Below, one piece after another: positions 9,815 through 20,613 of a DNA stretch of 64,000 nt (the stretch's first letter is position 1; every line of letters begins with the position of its first letter). The stretch is from assembly GCA_027067855.1 (NCBI GenBank), contig JAMOUX010000026.1, positions 16,473 to 80,472 on the forward strand. Reading direction: 5' to 3'. The stretch is from Candidatus Fermentibacteraceae bacterium (GTDB lineage: Bacteria; Fermentibacterota; Fermentibacteria; Fermentibacterales; JCC-6). The translations under genes and the position numbers were made by a program. The notes beneath the pieces were generated by a model that was given only the letters and a program-made list of their open reading frames with translations, was not told the DNA's origin and did no database searches.

Positions 9815-10963
9815 ATGTATACGGTCGTAATTCCCGCCCTGAACGAAGCGAAGACCATAGGAATATGCGTCGAAAAGGCATTACGGGCGATGCGTGATAT
9901 CGGTGTCGATGGAGAAGTGCTTGTAATCGATAACGGCTCAACGGATGAAACGGTTCACGAGGCGATGGCGGCAGGTGCGAAAGTCGTCGAGGTAAAGGAA
10001 AAGGGATACGGCGCAGCATACAGACAGGGAATTCCGCATGCATCGGGAGATTACATTATCATCGGGGACGCCGATGATTCCTACAATTTCGAAGAAATCG
10101 GGCCCTTCATCGAAAAGCTTGAAGAAGGTTACGAATTCGTTATCGGCAACAGGTTCAAAGGAAAGATCGAAAAAGGAGCGATGCCCTGGCTCCACAGATA
10201 CATAGGAACTCCCATACTCACGGGGATCATGAACCTTTTTTTCAAGGTGGGAGTAGGAGACACCAACTGCGGCATGAGGGCATTCACGAAAGCCGCTTTT
10301 AATAAAATGAAACTAAAAACTTCGGGAATGGAATTCGCCACGGAAATGGTAATAAAGGCTTCCGTCACCGGCCTTCGCATGTGCGAGATACCGTGTAATC
10401 TCTACCGGGATAAAAGAAGCCGCGCTCCTCACCTGAACACCTGGAAAGACGGATGGAGATATTTAAGGTTCATGTTGCTGTTCGCCCCTTTCTGGACGTA
10501 TTTCGTTCCGGGCATGGTTCTGATGCTTACGGGGATATTCGGGATGCTTGCGATGTTGGTAAGGGATATTGTAAATCCGGCTTTCCTATCAGACATAATC
10601 AAGAACAAGTATTTTGTATTGAACATGATACCCTTGCTCGTCGGAAGCCAGATACTTTCTTTCGGAATGATCGCACAGAGCTTGTGTTATAGGGAATACT
10701 ACAGCAACGTGAATAAAAGACTGGAACGTATTCTTGCCAGGTTCAAACTTGAAAAATGGCTGGCTTACAGTTTAATTACAATCGGTGCAGGAGTATTAAT
10801 ATTTCTATATTTAATAGCAACAAACTATCTGAACATCGGATATACCTTTACCGAAGTACTGAGAGACGATTTCAACGCGATCGCGACGACATTGATTATT
10901 CTCGGCACTCAAATATTCTATACGGCGTTTGTTCTTAGCATCAACAAGCTAAAGGTAGTATAA
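9815..10963 (+). CDS. GT2 polyprenol-phosphate glycosyltransferase (DPM1-like) with C-terminal TMs
   Basis: VVIPALNE, DNGSTD, GYGAA, GDADDSY, DTNCGMRAF, GMEFATEM. Confidence 0.9.
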   Translation: MYTVVIPALNEAKTIGICVEKALRAMRDIGVDGEVLVIDNGSTDETVHEAMAAGAKVVEVKEKGYGAAYRQGIPHASGDYIIIGDADDSYNFEEIGPFIEKLEEGYEFVIGNRFKGKIEKGAMPWLHRYIGTPILTGIMNLFFKVGVGDTNCGMRAFTKAAFNKMKLKTSGMEFATEMVIKASVTGLRMCEIPCNLYRDKRSRAPHLNTWKDGWRYLRFMLLFAPFWTYFVPGMVLMLTGIFGMLAMLVRDIVNPAFLSDIIKNKYFVLNMIPLLVGSQILSFGMIAQSLCYREYYSNVNKRLERILARFKLEKWLAYSLITIGAGVLIFLYLIATNYLNIGYTFTEVLRDDFNAIATTLIILGTQIFYTAFVLSINKLKVV

Positions 10964-11077
10964 CAGAGTTGCAAAAAAGGTAAATAGTCTTTAAAATTCA
11001 GATATGAAATCTGAAAGGAGAAGACATGCCGGAACAATGCCGTATAATGCTTCTTTCGAACCGAAGGTTGAACCCGA

Positions 11078-11845
11078 ATGACCCGAAATAAGCTGATACA
11101 TCCCTCTTCCGACGATCATACGGAACACGGGGAAGCGAGAGAATCCCGTTTGAGTTTTTACAAGAGGTGGGTATCCGCTTCAGGCCCATATCTCAGGTGG
11201 CAAGCACGATTGGTTTCGGATTATGTCGGGAAAAGAGTTGCGGATATCGGGTGCGGATTATCTTTTTTCTCGGAAATATTCGACCATACGGAACTTTACC
11301 TCGTCTTCGACAACGACGAGTCGATAAAACACGAGTTGAAGAAAAGCGCCGGTACCGGAAAATTCACTATTGCCCGAACCGGGGATATTTGCAGTGACGA
11401 AGCCGTGCAAGAGCTGATTGATAATGATATTGATACCATAATATGTTTTAATACGCTGGAACATATTTCCGATGACAAGACCGCCATGGCAAATATGGTC
11501 AGGGGAGTACGGGAGCATGGTCATATCTGCATAATCGTTCCCGCGTTAAATATTCTGTACGGTACTCTCGATGTTTTTGACGGACATTACAGGAGATACT
11601 CGAAAAAAAGCCTTCTCGGGCTTATCGAAAATCTACCGGTTCGCGTAGAGTTACTCCATTACATGAACATGATCGGTGGCATCGGGTGGTTTATAAAAAG
11701 CAGGATTCTTAAAGAGAAATCTTTCAAAACCGAAAATTTCAAAATAATTTCGACCCTTGTCCCCGTTATTTCATCATCAGAGCGCCGGATCAAGCCGCCT
11801 TTCGGATTATCGCTGGTACTGGTCCTGAAAAAACTGCATGATTGA
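11078..11845 (+). CDS. Class I SAM-dependent methyltransferase
   Basis: VADIGCG, FNTLEHISDD, VPA...GHYRRY, PPFGLSL. Confidence 0.85.
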   Translation: MTRNKLIHPSSDDHTEHGEARESRLSFYKRWVSASGPYLRWQARLVSDYVGKRVADIGCGLSFFSEIFDHTELYLVFDNDESIKHELKKSAGTGKFTIARTGDICSDEAVQELIDNDIDTIICFNTLEHISDDKTAMANMVRGVREHGHICIIVPALNILYGTLDVFDGHYRRYSKKSLLGLIENLPVRVELLHYMNMIGGIGWFIKSRILKEKSFKTENFKIISTLVPVISSSERRIKPPFGLSLVLVLKKLHD

Positions 11846-11945
11846 GTAAACGGAATATAGCGGCGACTGCTCCTATTCTACGGAAGCAGAAGAAATAAAA
11901 AAACATCTCGAACAGTTCCGCATTTTCGAGAAAGAATGGGCGTTT

Positions 11946-13760
11946 CTAGTAAAGAAATATTTCCCGGGCGATCAAGATCGATTTATCAAGATCCGCTTCC
12001 TCTTGTCCGAAGTCCGGTCGATGCAAGTATGTCCTGTATTTCATTCTCCTGGTGGGCGCCACCTCCTCCGCCAATTCCCGGGTCCACTCCTCCATCCGGA
12101 AACGTTCCCCGTCCAGCCAGAACAGGTAAGGTTTCCTGCCGGGATAGGCTTCCATGAAAAGCCGATCCTCGGCGGGGGTCTGGTGAGCACAGAATATCAC
12201 GTCACCGTCCAGGAACGGGGAATCGAAGTTGAGCCCGCTGCAGATGTTGGGGTAACCGTACTGTCCCGCTTGCATGAACACCACCGCCGGAGGAGTCACT
12301 ACTTCCCGGGCCATCTTTCCGGGTATACTGTCGACGGCCTGCCACGGACCGGACCTGAGAGCTATCCCCTCCGGCATGTATACCAGAAGCGTGATGCCGA
12401 ACAGGAACAGGACGAAAGCGGTCACCATGTTCTTCCCCAAGCGCCCTTTCTTCCTTTCCGCGAGGTGGAGCGCCTCCCGCAATCCCAGCGCGGAAAGCAC
12501 CATTATCACCGGGAGGAACGTGAAGTAGTGCCTGGGGCCGTAGTCTATCGCGGGGCAGTAATGCAGCCACATCAGTATCATTATCAGCCCCAGGGGCACG
12601 AACAGCCGGCATACCCGCAGCCTTTTGCATGAGAACAGGGCGAATAACACCGGGAGGAGGGACAGAAAGGGCCACCCGAAAAGTATCATGCTCCCCACGC
12701 CGAGTTGACGCGCCACGTTGTAGATTCCCCGCATAGGCGTGTGGGCATGGTCACCATACTCCGGGAACCATGCCTTGTCGGAGCCGAATCCCAGCAGTCT
12801 GCCCCCTCTGACCATATCGTAACCGGACTTCAGCGGATTTCCGGTGTAGTAGTAATTCGACAGCAGTAACAATACGAACGGTACGGCCGCCGCGACGGCG
12901 GCGGGCAACAGCACCCTGCGCCACCTTTTCCCCGCGAGCATGAATACCGCAAAAGGAACGCACGCCAACCAGACCAGCACGGGATACGGCTTCGTGGCGA
13001 ATGCCAATCCCATCAACAATCCTCCGGCGGCGGCGGTGATCATGCCCGCCCCCTTCACGGCCCTGGAGATGAAATACAACGACCACGTCACCAGCATCAG
13101 GTTGGAATTGTGGGCCATCAGCGTAGGGGTCATGAACAGGAAGAAGGGCGAGAGCAGGAAAAGCACCACCGTTACCCTGGACAGCGTTTCTCCGCCCCAA
13201 AGTCTTACAAGAAGGTACACGCCCAGCAGGGTCAGCATCCCCTCCAGGGGACCCAGCAGGGGAGCCGGCCCCGCCGCCGTCAGGGGAGCCATCAGCATGG
13301 AATGGAAGGGGGTATAGATAATAAACCACCTGCCCTTATCGAAGATGAAGTGGCGAAACGGGAAATACGCCCCGGGATTTTCCACCGCGGGAGCCGGCGC
13401 GGCAAGCTTTCCCGCAGCGTAGATCTTGGACTGGAAATAGTAGGCTGTTTCATCCCCCCCCTTGGGAATTCCTTCCAGAGGTCCGAAGGCCATCCAGACT
13501 GAAAAAATTCCCAGCAGCGCCATGGCGGTGCCAATGAACAGCCACGACGGCGGGGCAACGAGTTTCCCGAGAATCGATTCCGCCATGTCCCCCCGGATTC
13601 TTCCCGCCAGCCACGCACCCAGAGCCGCGGCTGCGGGAACCAGCAGCACCAACTGTACCGCCTTGTCCGGGGGTCCGGTAAACCCTCCCGTGAGGACCCT
13701 GTATGCAACGAACCCCCCTGCAAGCAGAATCCCGGCGAAAAGGAACGGTTTCCCCCTCAT
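11946..13760 (-). CDS. GT-C fold (ArnT/PMT-like, GT39/83) membrane glycosyltransferase
   Basis: Many TM helices, DETAYYFQS acidic loop, YTPFHS, GPRHY; start uncertain (13760 or 13814). Confidence 0.7.
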   Translation of the reverse strand: MRGKPFLFAGILLAGGFVAYRVLTGGFTGPPDKAVQLVLLVPAAAALGAWLAGRIRGDMAESILGKLVAPPSWLFIGTAMALLGIFSVWMAFGPLEGIPKGGDETAYYFQSKIYAAGKLAAPAPAVENPGAYFPFRHFIFDKGRWFIIYTPFHSMLMAPLTAAGPAPLLGPLEGMLTLLGVYLLVRLWGGETLSRVTVVLFLLSPFFLFMTPTLMAHNSNLMLVTWSLYFISRAVKGAGMITAAAGGLLMGLAFATKPYPVLVWLACVPFAVFMLAGKRWRRVLLPAAVAAAVPFVLLLLSNYYYTGNPLKSGYDMVRGGRLLGFGSDKAWFPEYGDHAHTPMRGIYNVARQLGVGSMILFGWPFLSLLPVLFALFSCKRLRVCRLFVPLGLIMILMWLHYCPAIDYGPRHYFTFLPVIMVLSALGLREALHLAERKKGRLGKNMVTAFVLFLFGITLLVYMPEGIALRSGPWQAVDSIPGKMAREVVTPPAVVFMQAGQYGYPNICSGLNFDSPFLDGDVIFCAHQTPAEDRLFMEAYPGRKPYLFWLDGERFRMEEWTRELAEEVAPTRRMKYRTYLHRPDFGQEEADLDKSILIAREIFLY

Positions 13761-14060
13761 CAGCGCTTTTTTCCGGCCGGGCGGAAGTATATTCCCCTCC
13801 CCGGCCCCAGACACCGGGCCGTACGAACCTCCCGGACTGCTTTCATTTCTTCACCCTTCCTTTTCGCTGCGAATATGTAAATATGCACAACGACAATCCG
13901 TTCTCCATACCAAGGCCGTTGATTCGAAAATCTCAGGGCGATTTTTCATGAAACCGGAGGAACAGACCCCCGGAGAGAACCGTGCCGGCAGGTCTCCCGC
14001 ACATTCAAGAACATAATGGAGGACATCGCCGGAAAAACCCGAAAACCACGAGGCGATTAT

Positions 14061-14873
14061 CTATGAAAGGACCATGGCTTCCCGCCTGCGTCGCCTGTAA
14101 ATATGCACCTTTTCGAAACCGGTTTGCCGGAGCAGGTCCAGCCCGGCGCGAAGACCGAAGAAAACGTAGGGATCCTTATGGGAATCCGAACCTATGGACA
14201 CCAGCCTGCCGCCCATTCCATGGTACATCGCAAGGACCTCCGGTGAAGGATAGGTGCATCTCTCCTTCCTGCGGAGGCCGGAAGTATTGAGTTCCAGCGC
14301 TATATCCCTGTCCATCAACGTGCCCAGAATCTTTTCCACCAATCCGGGCCACAGCTCGACTTCGGAGGGGAAACCTTCTTTTCCCGCCAGGAACAACCCC
14401 CTTCGGTAGATTCCGAAATGGGCAAGCATATCCATGTCCGCAATTTCCACCATCTCCAGGGTTTCCCGCAAGTAGGCCTCCACCACGATTTCCGGTTCGT
14501 GTTCCCCGAATACTTCCGCTCCCAGCGCAATGCCGATTCCCCGAACGTGGTGGAGCGCTCCCGTTATGAAATCGAAATCATCGCAATCCACCACGGCGGC
14601 CACCTCTTCCCGGAACCTGTGGGGCTCGCCCACTTCCAAACCTTCCAGGATCAACGGCTCACCTTTTGCAAGTTTCCGCGCTTCTTCCAGGGAACGCCGG
14701 TACGCAACGGGATCGAAGACACCGTAACAGAAATCATCGGGATTCATATTGACGTGCGCCACGAATCCCAGGACGGACACGCCTTCGCTGATCGCCCGCT
14801 CCACAAGATCCACCGCCGGTATCTCCCCGTCCGGGGAATCGACGGTGTGTACGTGCATGTCCACCAGGTTCAT
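14061..14873 (-). CDS. PHP-family phosphatase (HisJ-like histidinol-phosphatase)
   Basis: DMHVHT, GLEVG, LAHFG, ELNTSG, GSDSH. Confidence 0.85.
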   Translation of the reverse strand: MNLVDMHVHTVDSPDGEIPAVDLVERAISEGVSVLGFVAHVNMNPDDFCYGVFDPVAYRRSLEEARKLAKGEPLILEGLEVGEPHRFREEVAAVVDCDDFDFITGALHHVRGIGIALGAEVFGEHEPEIVVEAYLRETLEMVEIADMDMLAHFGIYRRGLFLAGKEGFPSEVELWPGLVEKILGTLMDRDIALELNTSGLRRKERCTYPSPEVLAMYHGMGGRLVSIGSDSHKDPYVFFGLRAGLDLLRQTGFEKVHIYRRRRREAMVLS

Positions 14874-14888
14874 TCGCACCCGCCCGGC

Positions 14889-15560
14889 TTAGTACGTGAA
14901 TCCCAGGGCGACGAGTACGACGCGCCTGGAAATGCCCATGGGAACGGAGAACTGGAAGAAGATGGATTCCGGAACGTAGTTGTTCCCGGACAATCCTCCG
15001 CCGGGAGTCTTCAGGCCGTATTCGCATCCGGCACGCAGGCAGTAAAACACCGTATTCTCAATCGCGTCCCAGTCGTGGGAACCGTCATCTTTCTCCGGGA
15101 TGTTCAGCAGATCGGGACCGTACCCGACATCCGCTCCGGCGAAAGCCTCGAGGACACCTTCGAAGGTTCTGCCGATACAGGCGGAAAACCTGGTCATGAG
15201 CACCTGGGCCGGAATAACGTAATTGACGTTCAGCATCGCCGAGCATGCGGTAGGATTACTCTGCCGGGTCACGTCGATCTTGACCATGGGGCCGACCCCG
15301 TAACCGAACGCCGAAATGCCTACGTCGACATTGCCGGTAGCTCCAACCGCAAAATCCAGGGAGGGATAGGGGGTCAATCGGTCTTCTCCCGTCTCCTGCG
15401 CCTCCCGCCTGGATTCCGCGGAGAAATAGGCGGGAAAGGCCCCCCCGGCGGTAACGGTGTAATGATCCTTCCCAAGGGTGTGAGCGCCCTGCATCGCGCC
15501 GTAGTAGCACGACGTCATGATCATGGCGGCCGTCAAGGCCAGCAAGGCCGTCGTTCTCAT
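14889..15560 (-). CDS. Hypothetical lipoprotein, probably outer-membrane beta-rich
   Basis: Signal peptide MRTTALLALTAAMIMTS-C; ends VVLVALGFTY. The upstream part of the track ORF is antisense to elbB. Confidence 0.65.
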   Translation of the reverse strand: MRTTALLALTAAMIMTSCYYGAMQGAHTLGKDHYTVTAGGAFPAYFSAESRREAQETGEDRLTPYPSLDFAVGATGNVDVGISAFGYGVGPMVKIDVTRQSNPTACSAMLNVNYVIPAQVLMTRFSACIGRTFEGVLEAFAGADVGYGPDLLNIPEKDDGSHDWDAIENTVFYCLRAGCEYGLKTPGGGLSGNNYVPESIFFQFSVPMGISRRVVLVALGFTY

Positions 15561-15677
15561 CAGTGCCCCTTTCCGTTTTAATGAAGATACTGAACGGTCC
15601 GGAGAGGACAAGTCCCGCTGGACCACGGGCGGTTTTTTTCGTATCACTTTGCCGGTCGGAAAAGGATGGAGGAAGAA

Positions 15678-16331
15678 ATGGACAGGAGAGTCGCTTTCGT
15701 ACTGAGCGGCTGCGGAGTGAAGGACGGCACCGAGATTCACGAGGCGGTCTCGGCCCTTATCGCCCTTGACGCAGCCGGGTACCGTGTGCTGTTCACCGCT
15801 CCCGACGTGCCCCAGGCGGCCACGGTGGATCACCTTACCGGAAAACCGGAGGATACCCCGAGGTACGTCCTCAAAGAAGCGGCAAGAATCGCGAGGGGGA
15901 AAATAGTCCCACTGTCGACGCTGAAAGCCGATGATTTCGACGCCTTGTTGTTCCCGGGGGGGTTCGGAGCCGCCCTGACCCTCTGCACCTTCGCCTCGGA
16001 CGGGATCGCCTGCAAGGTCAACCCGGATGTGGAGAGAATGATCAGCATCGCGAAGAATACCGGCAAACCCATAGCCGCCATGTGTATAGCTCCGGTAATA
16101 CTGGCCCGGACCATACCCGGAGCCAGGATTACTATCGGTAACGATCCCGAAACCGCCGCCGCCCTGGAACAGATGGGCGCCGTGCACGTGGAATGTTCCG
16201 TGGACGATGCCGTTACGGACACCCGCAACAAGCTGGTCACCACTCCGGCATACATGCTCGCCCAGGGTCCGGCACAAGTCTACACCGGGGCGGTGCGCAT
16301 GGTGGAGGAACTCGGCGGACTCTTCCGGTAG
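15678..16331 (+). CDS. elbB: ElbB/ES1-family glyoxalase (DJ-1/PfpI superfamily)
   Basis: LSGCGVKDGTEIHEAV, ARIARG, PGGFGAA, MCIAP, LVTTPAYM. Confidence 0.92.
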   Translation: MDRRVAFVLSGCGVKDGTEIHEAVSALIALDAAGYRVLFTAPDVPQAATVDHLTGKPEDTPRYVLKEAARIARGKIVPLSTLKADDFDALLFPGGFGAALTLCTFASDGIACKVNPDVERMISIAKNTGKPIAAMCIAPVILARTIPGARITIGNDPETAAALEQMGAVHVECSVDDAVTDTRNKLVTTPAYMLAQGPAQVYTGAVRMVEELGGLFR

Positions 16332-16421
16332 GATCCCCGAAGCAAGGTTCGTCCGGAAGACAAGTCGTCCCGGTACGGAAACCGGAGAGGGAACATCAGG
16401 TCAGGAGATGAAACCCGTTCT

Positions 16422-17066
16422 TCAGGTCTTTCCCGCCGCCATGTCCCTCTTGGCCTCCACCATATCCTTAACCTTCATGAGCCTGGTAAGGTTGCCTCGT
16501 TCCATCTCATCCAGTTTAAGCCTTATGGAACGTATCGCCTCCTCCAACTCGGGGATGAGCTTGTACTCCAAGGCGTTGACCCGCCGCCTGGTGGTGTCTA
16601 TCTCCTTGGCCATGAGGCTTATGGCTTTTTCCTGCCCGGCCAGCTCCACTATCTTGGGAAGCAGTTCCTTGTAAACCTTCAGCGCCTCGTCCAGTTCCGC
16701 GGGAGTATCGAACATGCCGTAATTTCTCACGTTGCCCTCTACGGAGACCCGGAACACCGGAAGCAGGAGGTTCATTACCTTTCTCGTGCCGGTGGTGACT
16801 TTCGTTTCCGCCCCGGGATATCTCAGGGCGTCCTCCAGCCCCGGCTCGGTCATGGCGGCCCTGGCGAAGAGGAATCTGCCGTAAGCCTTCTCCAGTTCCT
16901 CTTCCAATTTCCGCCTGGTTTCCTCGTAACCGGATATCAGGATCTTGAACCGCCTCATGAGCTCGTCCAGCTTGTCCTTGAGAAGCTTGTGACCTTTCAC
17001 GGCGAGTCCCGCCTTCTTGCGAAGGTTGAGAAGCTCCATCCGGGTGGCGCTGACGATGATCGGCAT
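16422..17066 (-). CDS. ntpD: V/A-type ATPase subunit D
   Basis: TRMELLNL, GHKLLKDK, TRRRVNALEY. Confidence 0.95.
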   Translation of the reverse strand: MPIIVSATRMELLNLRKKAGLAVKGHKLLKDKLDELMRRFKILISGYEETRRKLEEELEKAYGRFLFARAAMTEPGLEDALRYPGAETKVTTGTRKVMNLLLPVFRVSVEGNVRNYGMFDTPAELDEALKVYKELLPKIVELAGQEKAISLMAKEIDTTRRRVNALEYKLIPELEEAIRSIRLKLDEMERGNLTRLMKVKDMVEAKRDMAAGKT

Positions 17067-18460
17067 CAGCCGGTCTTTCCGTTCACGGGCCAGTACTTAT
17101 CCAGTCTCGCCGGGTCTATCCTCTTCATCTCGCTCCTGGGAAGGAGCTTGAGGAGTTCCCATCCAAGATCGAGAGTTTCCCGTATGTCACGATTCTCGTG
17201 TTCTCCCTGGCCTATGTACTTCTTCTCGAATTCGTCCGCAAATCGCAGGTATCGCCTGTCCAGTTCGCTCAACGCGGCAGCTCCCAGTATGACCGCGAGT
17301 TCCCTGGCGTCTTTACCCGCGGAATAGGCCGCCATGAGTTGGTTGAAGAGATCGGCGTGGTCCTCCCTGGTTTTGCCCTCGCCGATTCCCTTGTCCTTCA
17401 GGCGGGACAATGATTCCATCACGTCCATGGGAGGGTAGATACCTTTCTTGTGAAGTTCCCTGTTGAGTATCAGCTGGCCCTCGGTGATGTAACCGGTGAG
17501 GTCGGGAATGGGATGGGTCTTGTCGTCTTCGGGCATGGTAAGGATGGGAATCTGCGTTATGGAACCCTTCCTGCCCTTTATCCTGCCCGCTCTTTCGTAA
17601 ATGGTGGAGAGATCCGTGTACAGGTAACCCGGGTACCCTCTCCTGCCGGGTACTTCCTTGCGGGCCGCGGAGATCTCTCTCAAAGCATCGCAGTAGTTGG
17701 TCATATCGGTGAGTATCACCAGTATGTGCATGTCCTTCTCGTAGGCCAGATACTCCGCGGCGGTGAGGGCCATCCTGGGGGTGGCTATCCTCTCTATCGC
17801 CGGGTCGTCGGCAAGGTTCATGAACACCACGGCCCTGTCCATGGCGCCGGTCTTCCTGAAATCACGAATGAAATAATCCGCTTCTTCGAAGGTTATACCC
17901 ATGGCCGCGAAGACCACGGCGAAGTTCTCCCCCTTTCCCAGAACTTTCGCCTGCCTCGCTATCTGGGCGGCCACAGCGGAATGGGGAAGCCCGTTACCGC
18001 TGAAGACCGGCAGCTTCTGTCCCCTGACCAGGGTGTTGATACCATCTATGGAGCTGAAACCGGTCTGAATGAACTCGGCCGGGTAATCCCTCGCGTATGG
18101 GTTTATGGGAGCCCCGTTGATGTTACGCATATTCTCGGGTATCACCGGCGGATTGGTGTCGAAGGGAGCCCTGGGCCTGCCCTGTCCGTCGAAAACCCTG
18201 CCCAGCATCTCCTCGGATACTCCAAGCTCCACCTGCCTGCCCAGGAACCGGACCTTGCTTTCGGTGATATCAGTCCCGCTGCTGCCTTCGAACAACTGGA
18301 CCAGAGCCATCCTGCTGTCTACTTCCAGCACCTTCCCATGCCTGATCTCACCATTGGGAAGCTGTATTTCCACCAGTTCCTCGTAGGCTACCCCTTCCAC
18401 CCTGTCCACCAACATCAGGGGGCCGGATATCTCCACGGTCGTAGTGTATTCTCTGATCAT
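17066..18460 (-). CDS. ntpB: V/A-type ATPase subunit B
   Basis: [39 protein letters not shown]. Confidence 0.97.
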   Translation of the reverse strand: MIREYTTTVEISGPLMLVDRVEGVAYEELVEIQLPNGEIRHGKVLEVDSRMALVQLFEGSSGTDITESKVRFLGRQVELGVSEEMLGRVFDGQGRPRAPFDTNPPVIPENMRNINGAPINPYARDYPAEFIQTGFSSIDGINTLVRGQKLPVFSGNGLPHSAVAAQIARQAKVLGKGENFAVVFAAMGITFEEADYFIRDFRKTGAMDRAVVFMNLADDPAIERIATPRMALTAAEYLAYEKDMHILVILTDMTNYCDALREISAARKEVPGRRGYPGYLYTDLSTIYERAGRIKGRKGSITQIPILTMPEDDKTHPIPDLTGYITEGQLILNRELHKKGIYPPMDVMESLSRLKDKGIGEGKTREDHADLFNQLMAAYSAGKDARELAVILGAAALSELDRRYLRFADEFEKKYIGQGEHENRDIRETLDLGWELLKLLPRSEMKRIDPARLDKYWPVNGKTG

Positions 18461-18470
18461 TTCCCGCCTC

Positions 18471-20237
18471 CTAAGCGGTCTGTTCCTGCTCTATGGCCTT
18501 GCTCACCTGGGAAGTGATCTCCTTCTTCAGGTTCTCTATGGATGAAAGGTCATCCTCGGGTATGTACCTCATTCTCGCCACACTCTCTTTCAACGGCAAG
18601 TCGAACAACACTTTGGGAGGTACTCCATTCTTGATGGCCTTACTCATCTCCTCGTGGACGTGCATGATCACTTCCATCATCGCCTTCTGCTTCTCTATGG
18701 ACGCATAGGTATCCACCGGATGGAAGGCGTTCTGATGCAGGAAATCCTCCCTGAGCGACCTCGCGGTATAGAGTATGAGCTGGTCCTCGGGAGAAAGGGA
18801 TTCGGCGCCCACCAACCTGGCTATCTCCTGCAGGTTGGCTTCCCGCTGGAGCAGCGATATGGCTTCCTTCATCATCGGCGCCCAGTTCTTGCCGAGATTT
18901 CTGTCGTAGAATTCCTTGAGGTTACCGGTATAGAGAGAATAACTGTCGAGCCAGCCTATGGCGGGAAAATGCCTGGCGTAAGCGAGCCTGGCCTGAAGGC
19001 TCCAAAAAACCTTGACCACCCTCAGCGTCGCCTGGACCACCGGATCGGAAAGATCTCCCCCGGCGGGGCTCACCGCTCCGACAACGGTCAGGGCCCCGGT
19101 CCTGTCCCCTCCGCTGCACAATACGTTGCCCGCTCTCTCGTAGAACTCGGCTATCCTCGTCCCCAGGTAAGCCGGGTAACCTTCTTCGCCGGGCATTTCC
19201 TCGAGCCTTCCCGACATTTCCCGCATGGCCTCGGCCCATCTGCTGGTGGAATCCGCCATGAGAGCCACGGAATAGCCCATATCACGAAAGTACTCGCCTA
19301 TGGTTATCCCCGTGTAGACGCTGGCTTCCCGGGCCGCCACCGGCATGTTGCTGGTGTTCGCCACCAGGACCGTCCTCAGTATCAGGGGTTCGCCGCTCTT
19401 GGGATCCTCCAGTTCGGGAAACTCCTGGAGCACGTCGGTCATCTCGTTGCCCCGTTCCCCGCATCCGACGTAAATTATCATTTCCGCGTCGGCCCATTTC
19501 GCCAGCTGGTGCTGAATGACGGTCTTACCGCTTCCGAAAGGTCCGGGGACGCACGCGGTTCCTCCCTTGCCCAGGGGAAAGAAGGCGTCTATCACTCTCT
19601 GTCCCGTAACCAGGGGTTCCTCCGGCGCTCTCTTCTCCGCTATCGGCCTCGGTTTCCGCACCGGCCAGGTGTGGTACATCCTGAGTTCCCTGATACCGGA
19701 ACCATCTTTCACCTTGGCCACCACCGTGTCTATGTCGTAGCTTCCCGGTCCGATCACCCAGGTGAGTTCCCCCGACACGCCGGGAGGAACCATCACCTTG
19801 TGAACCACGAGCTTCGTTTCGGGAACCTCTCCCAGTACCTCCCCACCCGTAACTTTCATACCGGGTTCCGCGACGGGGGTCCAATCCCACTTCTTTTCGT
19901 GATCGAGACCCCTTATGCTTATTCCTCTGGTTATCCAGTCACCGGCTTCCTCCCGGATCTTGTCCAGCGGTCTCTGTATCCCGTCGTAAATGGCGGTCAC
20001 CAAACCGGGCCCCAGTTCCACCGAAAGGGGTTCGCCCGTGGCCACCACGGGGTCGCCGGGTTTCAGACCTCCCGTTTCTTCGTAAACCTGTATGGAAGCC
20101 TTGTCCCCTTTTAGTTCTATTATTTCCCCTATTAAGTTGTAATCGGATACGTAAACCAGGTCGTACATCCTGGCTTCCCTCATGCCGTCCGCTACCACCA
20201 GCGGACCGGCTATCTTGTCAATGGTTCCTTTTATCAT
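18471..20237 (-). CDS. ntpA: V/A-type ATPase subunit A
   Basis: P-loop [29 protein letters not shown]. Confidence 0.97.
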   Translation of the reverse strand: MIKGTIDKIAGPLVVADGMREARMYDLVYVSDYNLIGEIIELKGDKASIQVYEETGGLKPGDPVVATGEPLSVELGPGLVTAIYDGIQRPLDKIREEAGDWITRGISIRGLDHEKKWDWTPVAEPGMKVTGGEVLGEVPETKLVVHKVMVPPGVSGELTWVIGPGSYDIDTVVAKVKDGSGIRELRMYHTWPVRKPRPIAEKRAPEEPLVTGQRVIDAFFPLGKGGTACVPGPFGSGKTVIQHQLAKWADAEMIIYVGCGERGNEMTDVLQEFPELEDPKSGEPLILRTVLVANTSNMPVAAREASVYTGITIGEYFRDMGYSVALMADSTSRWAEAMREMSGRLEEMPGEEGYPAYLGTRIAEFYERAGNVLCSGGDRTGALTVVGAVSPAGGDLSDPVVQATLRVVKVFWSLQARLAYARHFPAIGWLDSYSLYTGNLKEFYDRNLGKNWAPMMKEAISLLQREANLQEIARLVGAESLSPEDQLILYTARSLREDFLHQNAFHPVDTYASIEKQKAMMEVIMHVHEEMSKAIKNGVPPKVLFDLPLKESVARMRYIPEDDLSSIENLKKEITSQVSKAIEQEQTA

Positions 20238-20274
20238 TCAGTAGCCTCCGGTGAAACGCGGTCCCGACGGGCCG

Positions 20275-20601
20275 TCATTTCCGTTCCTCGGACATGAGGT
20301 CGACTCCCACCGCTTTTATTATTAGTTCCCTTATGGTCTGCTCTCCGCCCCCGCGGGTTCCCCTGACTCCCGGCAGCACCACCACCGACGGAATCGCCGA
20401 GTGAACCGTCTCCTCCACCTTTTCCTTCAATTCCCGCATGAGGTCTTCCGTCACTATGATGACGGACGTTCCATTCGCGACCAGCCTGTCGAATTCCTCC
20501 CTGGCCCGGGCCCCGTTCTCCGGGACCACGGTTTCCACCCCGAGGGCCCGGAAACCAAGAACCGAATCCGCATCACCCATGAAAGCAATCCCGCCCTGCA
20601 T
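20275..20601 (-). CDS. V/A-type ATPase subunit F
   Basis: IAFMGDADSVLGFRALGV, IIKAVGVDL; operon position. Confidence 0.9.
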   Translation of the reverse strand: MQGGIAFMGDADSVLGFRALGVETVVPENGARAREEFDRLVANGTSVIIVTEDLMRELKEKVEETVHSAIPSVVVLPGVRGTRGGGEQTIRELIIKAVGVDLMSEERK

Positions 20602-20613
20602 ATGAAGATCCTC

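Noticed and set aside
13876..14108. 13-bp direct repeat TGTAAATATGCAC at 13876 and 14096
   Set aside because: One copy is inside a coding region, there is no cargo between the copies, and one such pair is plausible by chance in 64 kb.
15597..16366. Imperfect repeats GTCCGGA(GAG/A)GACAAGTC flanking elbB
   Set aside because: Short and gapped, with no mobility genes and host-like composition.
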